Positions 35,601-48,659 of a stretch of 64,000 nucleotides of DNA are shown here, in pieces (the stretch's first letter is position 1; the number at the start of each line of letters is the position of its first letter). A program made the position numbers and the translations under genes. Under the pieces are notes generated by a model that saw nothing but the letters and a program-made list of their open reading frames with translations, searched no databases and was not told the origin of the DNA. Origin of the DNA: Candidatus Absconditabacterales bacterium (GTDB taxonomy: Bacteria > Patescibacteriota > Gracilibacteria > Absconditabacterales > Absconditicoccaceae); the NCBI GenBank assembly GCA_041908765.1, contig JAYREU010000039.1, positions 7,618-71,617 on the forward strand, written 5' to 3'.

Positions 35601-38600
35601 ATACAAATGCTTGATCCAATAATGACGGAGCATGTGGCCCAGCAAATGGACAATCATTTCCAGATGCAGCTGCCGTAAATGCAGCAGGGTTATGTGCTAA
35701 GTGATCGGCAGTCCCATCCACAATATCAGGCAAAAGCCCATGGACTCGACAATGTCAGTGATCACAATGATGAACCCAAGTCTCATGTAGTGCACAAGAG
35801 GAGGTTAAGCAATACCCCATAGTTGATTTAGCTAATGTGAAGGTGATGTGAATACAACCTGGAGAAAAACGATTCACAGATCTTTATGAAAATAATTACC
35901 TCTTACTCAATCTTTCAAGTTTTGTATGTGGTGCATGTAAGACTGCTGCGATAGCGAATGACAAAACCTTAGAAGATCGACACAACAACGGCCAGTGTGC
36001 ATATGCAGCATTAATAAGTAGTGACAAACAATCTGGCTTTCCTGGTTGGATTGCAGATCCACAGATTAATAAAGCACCATTTATCAAAAGTAGATCATTC
36101 TACCCATCGAATTACAATATCTATCAAGTGATGGAGAAGCTAGGTCTGCCTGCAAATACCGCTTTCCCGTATTACTTCCTTTTGGATGGTCAAGGCAACG
36201 TGATCATGAGTAAGCAATGAACTGCGTGAGGACTAGATATGTTCAAAGCACTCTGTGCTCCTGCGTGAAATGGAGGTGCTTCCCCTGAATGTGGAGTTGC
36301 GAAGGGTAAGGAATTTGCAACCGCTGCAGATCTAAACAAAGCTGTTGTGGATTTATGTGAAGTAGGAACTCCTGATCCTGCTACTTTTTCAGGACCATGA
36401 GATTGGCGATGGAAATGTAAGGAGTGATCAGCTTCGGTTGATTGTGTTGCCAAACAAAAAGCAAACTGACCATCTTGTCCTACCTATGGAAAGGCATGTA
36501 TGATTTCAGCTACTGATTGGTGAGTACATGATGAAAATTGTACTTGTACCTGTGATGGTGACTATCCACAATTTGATTACAATGATGACTGAGTTTTGGA
36601 TCTCACAGATAAAGCTTATATTCAAGAGCATATTTTATGAAAGAAAGTACTTCCAGCTGGAAAAAATGGCGATATAAATAATAATGGTTTCGTGACAGCT
36701 GCTGATTCAGCAGCCTATTCAAAATTACTTCATTGTATTTGAGGAGACCAATCTCAGGGTACCTATGGTGTAGTTAAATGACGATCAGGTAGTCCAGATG
36801 GAAAATCTATCAATTATCCAGGTGGACTTGGATATGATGCTACCATTGATCATAGTTGTACTACAGACGGATGACCGTATTGTGATGGAGTAAAATGAAT
36901 ATGTTATCCAAGTGGTGCCAAATGTTATTATTTCTGTCAAGATAGTAAAGGTCTGGAAAATTATACTACCTCATGTGCACAAGGTACTGCAACAAGTATC
37001 GTCCAACCCAAAACATGTACGTCTTTGATGCAAGATGACAAAGCATGATGCGGTACTCATAAATCATCTGGACTCAAGGGAGAACAAAGTGACCCACAAG
37101 TTTGATCGGCTTTCCTGAATGGATTGTATGCTATGTGACCTATTGCAAGATCACCTATATTCCAAACCGTTTCAATTACTGACTCAGAAATTGAGCGTTT
37201 GGTAGCAGAAGCGTTGCGTGGTAAAATTGCTCCGCTTGAGCCAGAGTTTATACCTGGAGCATATTTTGTCAAAGTTGCTTACTCTGCAGAATCACCTGAT
37301 CGTGTACAAGCGTATTTGCAACCTTTCGATAGCAAGAAATCAAAACCAGAAGTCTATACCAAGCAGCTCACTACAGCACTACAGACTATGGAAGTAGACG
37401 CACGTCAATTTGCACATCGTCAAGTCAAAGATAGTATCACTACGTTGTTGGAAGATACTCCATTAGTCAGTATCACACCATTGTTTGATGCTACCAAAGT
37501 ACAGTCTGATGATGGTGCACAAGATCCTTTGTACAATACCTATGCAATCAACTTTGATACGAGTGATGAACGTTATTCAGTTGCGTCAGTGACAGACTAT
37601 CTCAACACACTCAAAGGAGATGGCGAAGATTCGTATGTTGAGAAACAACCACTCTATAGAGTATTGCAGACCAATGATCCTATGATCAATCAACAATGGT
37701 ATATCTCCAAAACTGAAGCACCAGCCGCACGGACAGCAGGTGCAGTTGGCAAAAAGAGTACTATCCTCGCAGTGGTTGATGATGGATTTGATGTGGATCA
37801 TCCAGAGATCAAAGCCAACTTGGTCAAACAATACAATGCAATGAATGGTTCAAATAATGCTGATAATAATTGTCTCCATGGGACACATACTGCGACGACT
37901 GCAGCGTGAGGCACCAATAATAGTATCGGTATAGCATCAATTTCAAACAATGTAGGACTGATGGTGGTGACTGCATCTGCTAGTTGTAAAACACTACCTG
38001 CTGCCTTTCAAGGTATGCAATATGCAGCACAAAATGGGGCAAATGTAGTTAGTATGTCCTTCGGTGGAGGAGGGTTTAGTCAAACACGACAAAACTTAAT
38101 CTCGAGTAATCCACAAGTTAAATTTGTAGCAGCAGCAGGAAATACACCTTCTACTACCAAAAATTATCCAGCAGCATACCAAGGAGTATTGTCTGTATGT
38201 GCTTCAACAGAAAGTGATACTATGGCATCCTTTTCAACGTATGGAGACTGGGTAAGTGTGTGTGCTCCGGGGACGAATATTATTGCATGAGAACCAAATA
38301 ACTCATATGGTCCATTACAAGGCACTTCAATGGCTACACCCAATGTAGCTGCTTTGGTAGCATTATTATTGTCAAACGGAGACTCAAACCCATTCCAAAC
38401 GATTGTGAATAGTGCCGACAAAGTAGTTAATAAACCACCATATTTACGTATCAATGTCTGTAGAGCAATTGATCAAAGTACAAGCCTCACCTGTACAGCA
38501 ACAGGTAAATGAGGTGGAGGAAGTTGGTGAGGGGGAAGTAATTGAGGCAATAATGGTACTACCAATGGTGGTTGATCTACCAATGGTTGAGGAAGTAATA

Positions 38601-41434
38601 ATGGTGGTGGTAATAACAACTGATGATGAAGTGTTGGCTGAGGAAATAACGGGGGATGATTTGGTTATGGCGTCTGTGCAGTATATAATGGTAATTCAGT
38701 TAATTCCGTCACTACAGAGTTTGTGAGTCTCATTGATGAGATTACTCCAAGTGGTCCCGTTGCACAGTGTAGTTATGTATGTGCTGATTCTGCTTCAATC
38801 ATAGGGCAGATGGTGCCTTGTACTTCCTTAGCAAACACGAGCACAGAATGCAATGGAAATGCTTGTATGGGATTATGTTCTCAGACGGTGATGAAATGTA
38901 CTGATACCGCACAGTGTCCCAAAGGTGAATTCTGTGATACCATAGCATTGGCAAGTAATTTGGTGCAATTGCAATCATGTACGCAAGCATGAGGTGGTGG
39001 AACAACCACCTCTGGCTCACCGACCGCTTGATGAACTACTGGTTGACCTACTACTCCTGTACCTACACCAACGGGTGGATGAACAACCGCTTGATGAACT
39101 ACAACTGGATTGCCTCCGGCTACTACTGCTGGGTGAACTACAGCTTGATCTACGACAGCTTGAGGATGAGCAACTACCTGTTCATACCGATGCGCAAACG
39201 GACAAACATTTGGCACCACCTGTACAACTCCAGAACAAAATAGTGCTACTTGTGGAGGGACTCCTTGTTTTGGAATGTGTTCCAATGGATTACAAAAATG
39301 TCTTTCCAATGCTGATTGCACATCTGTCGGTGGAGTGTGTGAAAAAATTAGTGTGAACCCATCTCAACCCAATACACCACCTACGCCATGTGGAATTGGG
39401 GGAGGTGCAACTGCATGATGAACTACCGCAGGGTGAACAGTTGGATGAAATACTACTGCATGATGAACTACCTCTGCGGGAGGTACTACAGCAGGTGGCA
39501 CCAATGGAGGAAATAGTTGATCTTGAACCACGGGTACACTTTATACGTATCCATTGATTGATGTGAACAAGCAAGCACATACTTCTACTATTACACCAAA
39601 TCAAAAAGTGAAATGGCAATTAGAAATTACCTTTAGATCACCAGCACCACATTATCCAGTAGGTAGCTTGCTCGTGATGGATGCAATGCCTCAGTGATTG
39701 CAGTTTATCAAATGAGAAGAAAAAGTGCAGTTCGCTGGTAAATATGAGTGAGTACAATATGACACGGGCAAACAGTATGTAAATTTTATGCTCAAGATTG
39801 ATGCAACAACCAAACCATATAAAGAAGATGCGCAATTCAAATGGTACAAGGCGACCATCACGTATTATACCTTAGTGGCTGCAAATGCTACACCAGGTAC
39901 CTACGTCAATGGCGCATTGGTAGGCTGTTATGCTATGAGTTCTACGGTAGATAAGTCTAAGTATGCAGGTGTGCCTACTTGTGCATTTGATCTTGAACCA
40001 GGTAAATCAGTAGTTGGTTTGAAAAAAACGTTTCCTCTTACTTTGTGATGAACATGATCTGCTTGCCTTCCAAAAGGTAATGAAGCAGATTACTGTAATG
40101 ACAAGGCAGACAATGACTGTGATGGCCAAGTGGATTGTAAAGACAGCGATTGTAGTGCGAAGGCTCAATGTCAGAAGAATAATGGCGATCATGGTAGTCC
40201 AGATGATTGTGGTGATGGCATTAGAGATGTAGGACAAGGTGAGGAATGTGATGATGGAAACACCAAGGGAGATGATGGATGTTCAGTAGGATGTAAAGTA
40301 GAAAAAGGACGACAATGTACTGTGGATTCACCGAGTATATGCGGAAGTCTGGATTGTTCTACGCATGGCGAGTCATTCGGCAAGGCAAATCTCAATGGAC
40401 AATGCTGTAGTGGATTAGAACCACTTGTGTTCTCTCTCCCTAGCAAACTCATCTGAGTAACTGAGCAAGTTACGTTGTGTTATGATCCTACTATCGATGA
40501 GCCAATGTGCTACCAGAATAAGAAGCCGATGTGATGGTATCTCAAACCCAAGGCAACTGCAGAAACTAAGCTCGTCTATGAAACTGATTGTAGCGTAGCG
40601 TACAATGATTATTATACCAAACTCCAGGATACTCTTGCGCAAAAACAGTCCTACTGTCAATTTACTGATGAAGCATATGAGCGTGTTGATTTCAAAGATA
40701 TTACCAAATCACGCGAAAGAGCAGCAATCTTAGCACTCAGACATTTCTGTGTCGTCAAGGGAAGAGGCAGTTCATTGAGTAATTATGCACCTGAGGGGAG
40801 GGTAAGTAGAGCAGAGTTTATCAAGATGCTTTACAAGACGTATGCTATTCAAAAGGATATTATTATTGCTCCTGAAAGCGATGCATTTGACGGAGACACC
40901 TACTTCAAGGATGTTGCACAAACACATTGGGCTGCACAATATATAGCTTCTGCACATGAGCTTGGATGGTTGACACCACTCGAGAAATGAGCTATTTTGA
41001 GTAGTTTCTTCTCGCCCAATAAATCAATTACCACCAAAGAGATCAAACAGATCTTCGATTGGGTAGAGGATGGACAGGATATACCTGCGGAAACTATAGA
41101 TGAGATCTTGTGAACCAGTACTTATCCCACAAGAGCAGCAGTTGCTAATTTATTGACCAAGAAGTTCTTGCCGAAGTTTGTTGATTATTTCTACCTCCAA
41201 GATGCAAATCAAGGCTACTACAAAGAGTTGTTGAATCAACTCAAAGGCAAGAAGTATACCGAACAATACGATATCATTGTGCAACAGATAGAGAAGCTTG
41301 GTCAAAAAGAACATGGATCTGCATTGCAGGAGTGATTGGATCCCTTTTGGATTATGAGTTTCCTCAAGAAACTTGCCTCATGAAGAGCAGGAGTTAAATG
41401 ACCTGTGCCATCACCAGAAAATCCTAGTTCATAA
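32618..41434 (+). CDS. giant (about 2938 aa) cell-surface multidomain protein: 2 subtilisin S8 domains, 3 thioredoxin-like CxxC domains, dockerin-like and Cys-rich repeats, DUF11-like domain, SLH domains
   Basis: Checked line by line, frame 2 has no TAA or TAG for 8.8 kb, and at least 11 track ORFs share this frame. S8 triads: [15 protein letters not shown] near 33.5-34.0 kb, and DDGFD/HGTHTA/GTSMATP at 37.7-38.35 kb. The CxxC redoxin-like modules are [17 protein letters not shown] and SSFVCGAC. Dockerin-like DYNDDGVLDLTD...[12 protein letters not shown] lies near 36.56-36.72 kb. Also present are [17 protein letters not shown] Cys-rich repeats and SLH-like FKDITKS.../[14 protein letters not shown] at 40.69-41.0 kb. 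Confidence 0.75.
34217..34351 (+). repeat. 15-nt tandem repeat x9 encoding (G-S-T-S-A)n, with the Gly encoded by TGA
   Basis: The unit is tgaagtac(a/g)ag(t/c)gca, nine head-to-tail copies, in frame within the giant ORF. Confidence 0.9.
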
Positions 41435-41590
41435 GATTATTTCATAAGTACACTTTCTGTAGAAAGTAAATAGTATATATACACAAAAACTCACAAAGAC
41501 AACTTGAATGATGTTGTTTTTGTGGATTTCGTTTAGACAATTACGAGGAGAGTGGTATAGTGAACATACTTTATGTATCTTGAGTATCGT

Positions 41591-43873
41591 ATGAGACAGC
41601 AATTTTCACTTCGTATATCTTTGCTTATTTGAGCACTCGTATGAAGTTTGAGCTTCTATATGATAGCTATCCAATTTTTGGGTGATTATTATGTAGCAAT
41701 AGTGTATGCACAGAGCTGTTGAATTGTATGAGATACGGATGGGGATGGTATTTGCGATAATGTGGACAATTGTGTAAATGTGGTGAATCCAACGCAGGCT
41801 GACGTAGATAACGACGGAAGAGGTGATCTTTGTGATAATTGTCCTATTGTGTACAACCCTACACAAACAGATAGTGATGGAGACGGAAATGGGGATGCAT
41901 GTGATAGTGTCTTTGGTACAGGCATGTGTACTGGTGCTACTGTGTACAATTTTGATGTCTTTTATTCTTCCACGGGCAACGGAATCACGAGTTGTGATGA
42001 ATGATACGCACTATTCAAACAAGAGTTAGCAAATATGTGTCAGGATATTTCTTCACTCAACCTGTCTGTATCTTGTGTGGTCTCATGAAGCACCGTCACC
42101 TGATCAATTACAACAACTAGTGTTTTGTATAATGCAACTTGATACCTCAATCCCTCACTTTCTGGAGCATTTATGTGTTGTTACTATCCTACGAGTCCAA
42201 TATATCATGGTTTGCCTTGTGCTACAGCACTGACGTGTGGTGGAGGACAATGTCTATCTTCTCCATATCCCTGTGGACAGGGATACACTACGGGAGTGAG
42301 TGTACATATTTCTGGATCAGCGACCTGTTGTGAAAACCCTCCCATCAATGGCGTATGTGGATGAGCGAATAACTGAACATATGATAATTCTACTGGCGTA
42401 AACACGGCAGGTTTATGTGCAACTGGTGTTGCTACTCCTCTCACCGTCACGGGTGCTGGTCCTTGGTCTTGGAGTTGTGCGGGGCTTAGTGGAGGAAGTG
42501 CTGTGTCCTGTATGGCCTATTCCAACTGAAATGGTATGTGTGGTGGTGCAAGCTGAGGAGTATATCAGAATGCAACGTGAGTAAACCTCAGTGGACTGTG
42601 TGCAACTTGAGTAGCAGTACCAGCTGCGGTTACTTGAGCAGGTCCTCGGACTTGGATGTGTCAATCTCAATCGGGTGGTACTACCTCGACCTGTAATGCA
42701 TACAATCGAATAAACGGTATTTGTGGAGCTGCTAGCTGAGGTACGTATACATGAGCTGCGGGAGTCAATTGAGCAGGATTGTGTTTGACTTGAATTGCAG
42801 TACCCGCTGCAGTGACCGGTACAGGCCCATGGTCTTGGACGTGTCAATGAGCAAGTGGTTGAACCTCTATGAACTGTATAGCCAACTACACCACCTGATG
42901 AGGCGGATGAACCAACGGGGGAGGTGGAGGATGAGGAGGAACCAAATGAGGATCACTCAAATGACGATGTGGAGATGGTATTTTGCAGTCTAGACATGGT
43001 GAAGAATGTGATGATGGCAACTACAAAGATGATGATGGGTGTAGTGACACGTGTCGTTGGGAGGATTGGACCGAAGATGATGATGATACCACAGAAGAAA
43101 AATTTGAGAGTGGTATCATCAAAGCTATTAGAAAGCTTAAAGATGCTTGTGTGTATGATGATTTGATTTATGAAAATATTTTCTTTAGAGATGTGCATTG
43201 GAGTCCCTACCGATCAGCTATCAGCGTGCTCAAATCTGCATGTATTATCAATGGCTATGGGTATGGAAAGAGATCTTCTGCAGATTTCCATGCGGATGCA
43301 GCAGTAGGAATTGGTGAGGCGATCAAAGTAGTGAGCAAAATTTATGCCCTCGAAGAAGGGGTGATGTTCGATGAGACAGAGACGCATCTAGGTCGCTTAC
43401 CCTATGCCGATATGAAAGCAAATGCTCGGTATACCACCTATGTGATCTATGCATATACACACGGACTACTTGATGGTATTGGGGTAAGTAAATTATGAAG
43501 TACGTATCTCAAGGCGTTCACTCCTATTTCACCAGATATGTTGCAGCAACTGCTCTACAATGCAGGTATCAAAGAAGACTATCGTGATGAAATGGGGTGG
43601 TGAAAATATGTTTCTAGAGATCGTTTTGCGATGATCGTCACCGATGCGTTTGCGGACAAACTTATTGATTATAAATATATGAATGGTAACAATATCACCA
43701 TATATGATATGATCTTGGTAAATCTCAAATGAAAATCTGAATCCGCACAAAAAGCATATATTAGAAATCTCATTTCTCATCTCCAAGAACAAGATGCTGA
43801 AGAGATGGCGAAGACCTATGGTATTGATCTGGAGTGACTCTTGTTGTTCTTGAGAAAAATAACACCGTACTAG
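41591..43873 (+). CDS. secreted surface protein with thrombospondin type-3 Ca-binding repeats, Cys-rich repeat modules and an SLH-like C-terminal region
   Basis: Frame 2 is open for 760 codons. Contains [39 protein letters not shown], then tandem roughly 50-aa NG.CG...GLC...GPWSW.C..GG..C modules (three clear copies plus a more diverged one), then [17 protein letters not shown] (SLH-like). Confidence 0.7.
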
Positions 43874-43875
43874 GA

Positions 43876-44286
43876 CTATATATTTTCTTTGCGCCAGGGA
43901 GCTCGTTCAATAGTTCTTCAGTTTTCTGCTGGTGAGAAAACTACGCTAAGCCAGGCAGGAGTTGCATAGTGTTCTGTTCGTTTGGGTCGTTCAATAGCCA
44001 CATAAGGGTAATTTTGTATGGGTGATATGAGGTCTAGCGAGAGAAAATCTGCCTCGGTTGCAATTCTCCACATATCAATATGCAGTAATTTTTCGCCGTA
44101 GATGGCGAGATAGGTGTAGGTAGGACTTTGTATATCTTCACGAGGAATATCTAAAAATGTGGCAATACCTTTGACGAAAGTGGTTTTTCCCATACCAAGG
44201 TCACCATTGAGGAGAAAGTGAGTATGGTTTTGTACTAACAGTGATCATAGCTCCTGTACTGAGTTGGCATCGATGAAATGTGGCAT
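43876..44286 (-). CDS. tsaE: tRNA t6A37 biosynthesis ATPase TsaE
   Basis: LNGDLGMGKTTFVKGIA is the P-loop typical of TsaE/YjeE. TGA at 43918 is read through to TAG at 43876. Confidence 0.8.
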
Positions 44287-44403
44287 ATATGAGAAAAAAA
44301 GTGAAAATAGCTTACTCTGTATACATAAATAGAATGAGGATGCAACGCTTGCAAAAGAGCTCAAAAAAGACATAATAATCATCGTTTTATTGTAACCAAG
44401 GGC

Positions 44404-45300
44404 ATGAGAGAGTTTCGACTCATTGATGGGTCAAATATGATTTTCAGAGCATATTACGGGCTACCTGAACTACACAATGATGAATGAGAAAACATCAATG
44501 CTGTATACGGATTTTTTCGTATGTTATTGAGAATGCTCCAAGCGAAACCTGAATATCTTATGATAGCACGAGATAGTCCTGTCAGAACAGTCAGAGCAGA
44601 AATATTTACCGATTACAAAGCCCAAAGAATTTCTATGCCTGACAATTTCTTCTGGCAGATGAATATGATCAAAGAACTTACCGCACAGTTGCACATACCT
44701 GCCGAGGAGATACCTGGGTTTGAGGCTGACGATATTATTTTTTCCTTGGTGCAGCATGCCAAACATCATCAGCATAGCCTGTTATTCAAGATAATTTCCA
44801 GCGACAAAGATCTCAAGCAAATGCTCAGTGATAATGTCATAGCTTTCGATGCTATGAAGCAGAAAATTACCACGTATGAGAGTTTCAAACAAGAGTTTGG
44901 TTTTGTGCCAGAGCGTATAGTTGATTATTTAGCAATAGTGGGAGATGTTTCTGACAATGTCCCAGGTATACAAGGTATTGGCGAGAAATGAGCAAAAGAA
45001 CTAGTCTCTACCCATCAAACGTTAGAGAATATCTATGCGAACTTGGAAGCTATTGCTCCACGTTATCAGCAGAAATTACGTGATGGCAAAGAAGTTGCTT
45101 TTGCAAGTAGGGAATTGATTAGGTTGATTGATATCCCCGCATTGGCACACAAATGAGTAGATGCATTTTTGTACGCACTTGATGGTGCGCATTGGAAGAA
45201 TGTGTTGGTAGAAGGACAATGATTTGCTTCATTGGAGCAGTTGTGTGGAGACTTCAAAATCCATCCGCATGTTGGACAACAGCACTCTTTGTTTTGATAG
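44404..45300 (+). CDS. 5'-3' exonuclease (FEN / Pol I N-terminal domain family)
   Basis: LIDGSNMIFRAYY, GFEADDII, and VGDVSDNVPGIQGIGEKGA (the H3TH motif needs TGA=Gly). Confidence 0.85.
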
Positions 45301-45309
45301 CAACCATGT

Positions 45310-46161
45310 ATGATGATGAAACGTCTTTTCATTTCTAGTCTCTTGTCTTTGTCTTTGGTATCTCAAGCAGTTGCTTTTGTTGTCCCTTCAAATAGTGGCT
45401 GGGTGACTGATTTAGCAGATATTTTTACACCTCAGCAGGAGGTAGATATTACTACCAAATTAACCGCTATAGCAAGTTGATATGATGCAGAGATAGCGGT
45501 TTTGACGTTGCCTAGTCTCGAAGGTGAGGAGATAGATATGGTAGGTACGCAAATCGCACAAGAACGATGAATTGGCAACGAAGTACGTGATACCTGAGTA
45601 CTTGTACTGATAGCACCCAACGAAAGAAAATGGAGAATAGATGTGGGATATGGCTTAGAATGAAACTTACCAGATGCCTATGCCTATCGTTATGGAGAAA
45701 ATTATCTCGTTCCTGCATTTAGAGAGGAACGCTATGCAGACGGTGTGATGGCATTACTTGCTAAGTTGGAGGCTCATTTGGATGGCAAGCCTCAGGTGGA
45801 AAGTGCGCCCCTCATCAATGACTTTCACATTATGTTATTTTTTGTGTGAGGTATGATTATGCTTTTCATCCTTTCCCTCTACAAAAGTAAAAAATCACTC
45901 TCTCAAAAAAAGGCAATTGGTTCTTTGTGAATACGGAGTGGTGTATTGGCTATTTTGACTTCGCCGTTTGTTGCTTACCTGGCTCTTATCTTTTTTGTTC
46001 TTTGGTTTCTCGGTTCTGTGATGCTCTATGTTGCACCTACAGTACAGGTCAATTCTCATGGATCAAGAACTTCACGAGGAGGAGGTGGTACATTTAGTGG
46101 AGGCTTCGGTGGCTTTGGATGAGGCTCATTCGGAGGAGGCGGTGCAAGTGGCGGACGATAG
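45310..46161 (+). CDS. TPM-domain (YgcG-like) membrane protein
   Basis: Signal peptide, then VTDLADIF...EIAVLTLPSL, TM helices and a Gly-rich tail (GGGGTFSGGFGGFGGG). Confidence 0.75.
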
Positions 46162-46184
46162 TTTTATATTTTGTTCTTATTTAG

Positions 46185-46796
46185 ATGATGCAAAAAGAGT
46201 TATTGCCGTTTACCAAGATGCAACAAATACAGTCTGTGTATACATACATGTTGCCGCATACCACAGTTCCTTTGTTGATAGTGAAGTCATGAGCTGATTT
46301 GCCTCATTTGATGGCTCACCAACATGCTCTACAAGGCATAGTAGTGCTGACACCAAATGATATCCAACATGGTGTAGATGCATTTGCCTTGACCTATGTC
46401 CATATGCATGCACGTAGTAGCTTAGAATATTGAGATGAAGTGTTTGCAAATCTCATCTATCAACGCGACCAAGTAATTAACCATATGGAACTTTTGTTAC
46501 GTAGTACGTTGATTGATCTGAGAGAGATGATGGTATTGGATCGTGCTACAACGCCCTTGTTTACCCAACAACTGATTTTGTGTTTGGATCGTCTCTTGTG
46601 TGGATGGCGATATGTACAAACTATGGCTATTGAGCCTATGGATCTACTTGCTTTGACGGATCTTATTGATGGTCAACGGGGAATTGATACCAAATGACTG
46701 ATTACCCTTCTACGTACACAAGTGAGCAAGCATCAGCTTCCTAGGATCTATGACAATCTTCTAGCATTGTTGGACAAAATAGATACACTCAAATAA
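46185..46796 (+). CDS. hypothetical protein
   Basis: 203 codons in frame 3, ATG at 46185 to TAA at 46794, with TGA read-through. No family recognised. Confidence 0.4.
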
Positions 46797-46833
46797 ACAA
46801 GTATCGTGTTTTATATTATCTTACTTTTCTTAC

Positions 46834-47412
46834 ATGAAAAAGCGAATTATAGGTGTAGTGATTGTAGCAGTAGTCGCATTGTGGTTTATGGGTAAGTACA
46901 ATAATCTCGTACGTTTGGACGAAGAGGTGAAAACTGCTTGGTCACAAGTAGAAAATCAGTACCAAAGAAGAGTTGACTTGATTCCCAACTTAGTCAATAC
47001 TGTCAAATGATTTGCAGAACAAGAACAAAGTGTTTTCATAGGTGTCACCGAAGCAAGAGCTAAAGCTAGCCAAACCAAGGTTGATTTTGATGATCCAGCA
47101 TCATTCGAACGTTTTCAAGCTGCTCAAGGTGAATTGTCTAGTGCTTTGTCTAGATTGCTGGTCACGGTTGAAAACTATCCTGAACTCAAATCTGACAAAA
47201 ATTTCTTGGAGTTGCAGGCACAGCTTGAAGGTACTGAGAATCGTATTAGCACCGAAAGGATGAGATACAATGAGGTTGTCAAAGGGTACAATGTAACGGT
47301 TCGTTCATTCCCTACTAATATTATTGCAGGCTTCTTCTCATTTGGACAAAAAGAACTTTTTGAAGCACAAGAGTGAGCAGAACAGGCTCCTGTAGTAGAT
47401 TTTACGAAATAG
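46834..47412 (+). CDS. lemA: LemA family protein
   Basis: N-terminal TM helix, then [33 protein letters not shown] and ENYPELKSD, which are typical of LemA. Confidence 0.85.
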
Positions 47413-47433
47413 GTATTTAACTTTCTCTTGCAG

Positions 47434-47676
47434 ATGACTATTATTGGATGAATTTATGAACACTACAAAGGTGGACTCTATAAAGTAATTGGCCACGGTA
47501 GAATGGAGAAGAATCTTGAAGAAGTTATCATATACAAGCCATTGGAAATTGATGGCAAGTTTCCTGCTGATTTGTTTTGGGTAAGACCACGCAAAGAATG
47601 GGAGAAAGGAGTAGAAATAAACGGTTTGATGGTACCGAGGTATGTTTTGGTCAAAACTGCTTCTCAAGTGGAGTAA
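47434..47676 (+). CDS. DUF1653 family protein
   Basis: IYEHYKGGLYKVIGHGRMEKNLEEVIIYKPL...LFWVRPRKEW matches the DUF1653 pattern. Confidence 0.6.
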
Positions 47677-47720
47677 CATTGTAGCGAAGAATTTCTCACT
47701 TTTTAATGTAGCCTATTGCA

Positions 47721-48650
47721 ATGGTTCGTATTGGAACACATACCAGCATTGCTGGTGGAATTGAACTTGCTTTCCAAAGATCTGCTGAGATAGGAGGTAC
47801 CACCTTACAAATTTTTGCAAAATCACCGAGAGGGCGATCATATCCCACTTACCAACAAGAACAATATCAGCTTGGTCGTGCTGCAAGAAAGCAATACAAA
47901 CAGGTGTGAGGTATTATCCATAGCAATTACTTGGTTAATCTCGCAAAGCCACATGATGAAGCAAAGGCTGAAATTGCCTCTGTCTTGCATGATTTTGAAG
48001 TGGCACACGCGCTTGGGTATGAGGCAGTCAATGTGCATATTGGTAAAGAAAAATGAAGAGCTTCAAAACAAGAAGCCATGCAATTGATGATCAAGAACGT
48101 TGGGTATATACTTGATGTTGCACATAAAAAATGACGAGGAGATGTGACATTTTTGTTTGAAAATACTGCAGGTCAGGGGAGTGAAATAGGATCAAACTTC
48201 GAAGAGTTGCGTATGTTTACCAAAGACTATCTCCATGACTTACCGGTTAAATTTTGCATTGATACTGCGCATTGTCGATGAGGTGGTATTGATTTAACAA
48301 AATGGGATGATTGTGTCGCTCAATTTAGCGATAGTATTTGACTTGATCGCTTGTATGCGATCCATCTCAACGATGCCAAAGTACCTTTGTGAGCACATCT
48401 GGATCGTCATGCAAGTTTGGGACAAGGATTTATAGGTTGGCCAGTGTTGAGTAAGGTGGTTACATGGGCTACCAAAAACGATATACCTCTTTTCATAGAA
48501 ACACCAGAACCAGATCTGCGACCAAATGAAATTGCTGCAGTCAAATGCATAGCTGCAGGCGACTGCGATTGGATTGCAAAGGAACACCAAAAAGTATTTC
48601 AACAACAATCACTCAAAAAATTTGCTGCGCAAGCGGGATTATTTTCTTAA
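47721..48650 (+). CDS. nfo: endonuclease IV
   Basis: IGTHTSIAGG, FLFENTAGQG, IDTAHC and IHLNDAK. Fragments are joined by TGA=Gly. Confidence 0.9.
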
Positions 48651-48659
48651 TTTTATAAC

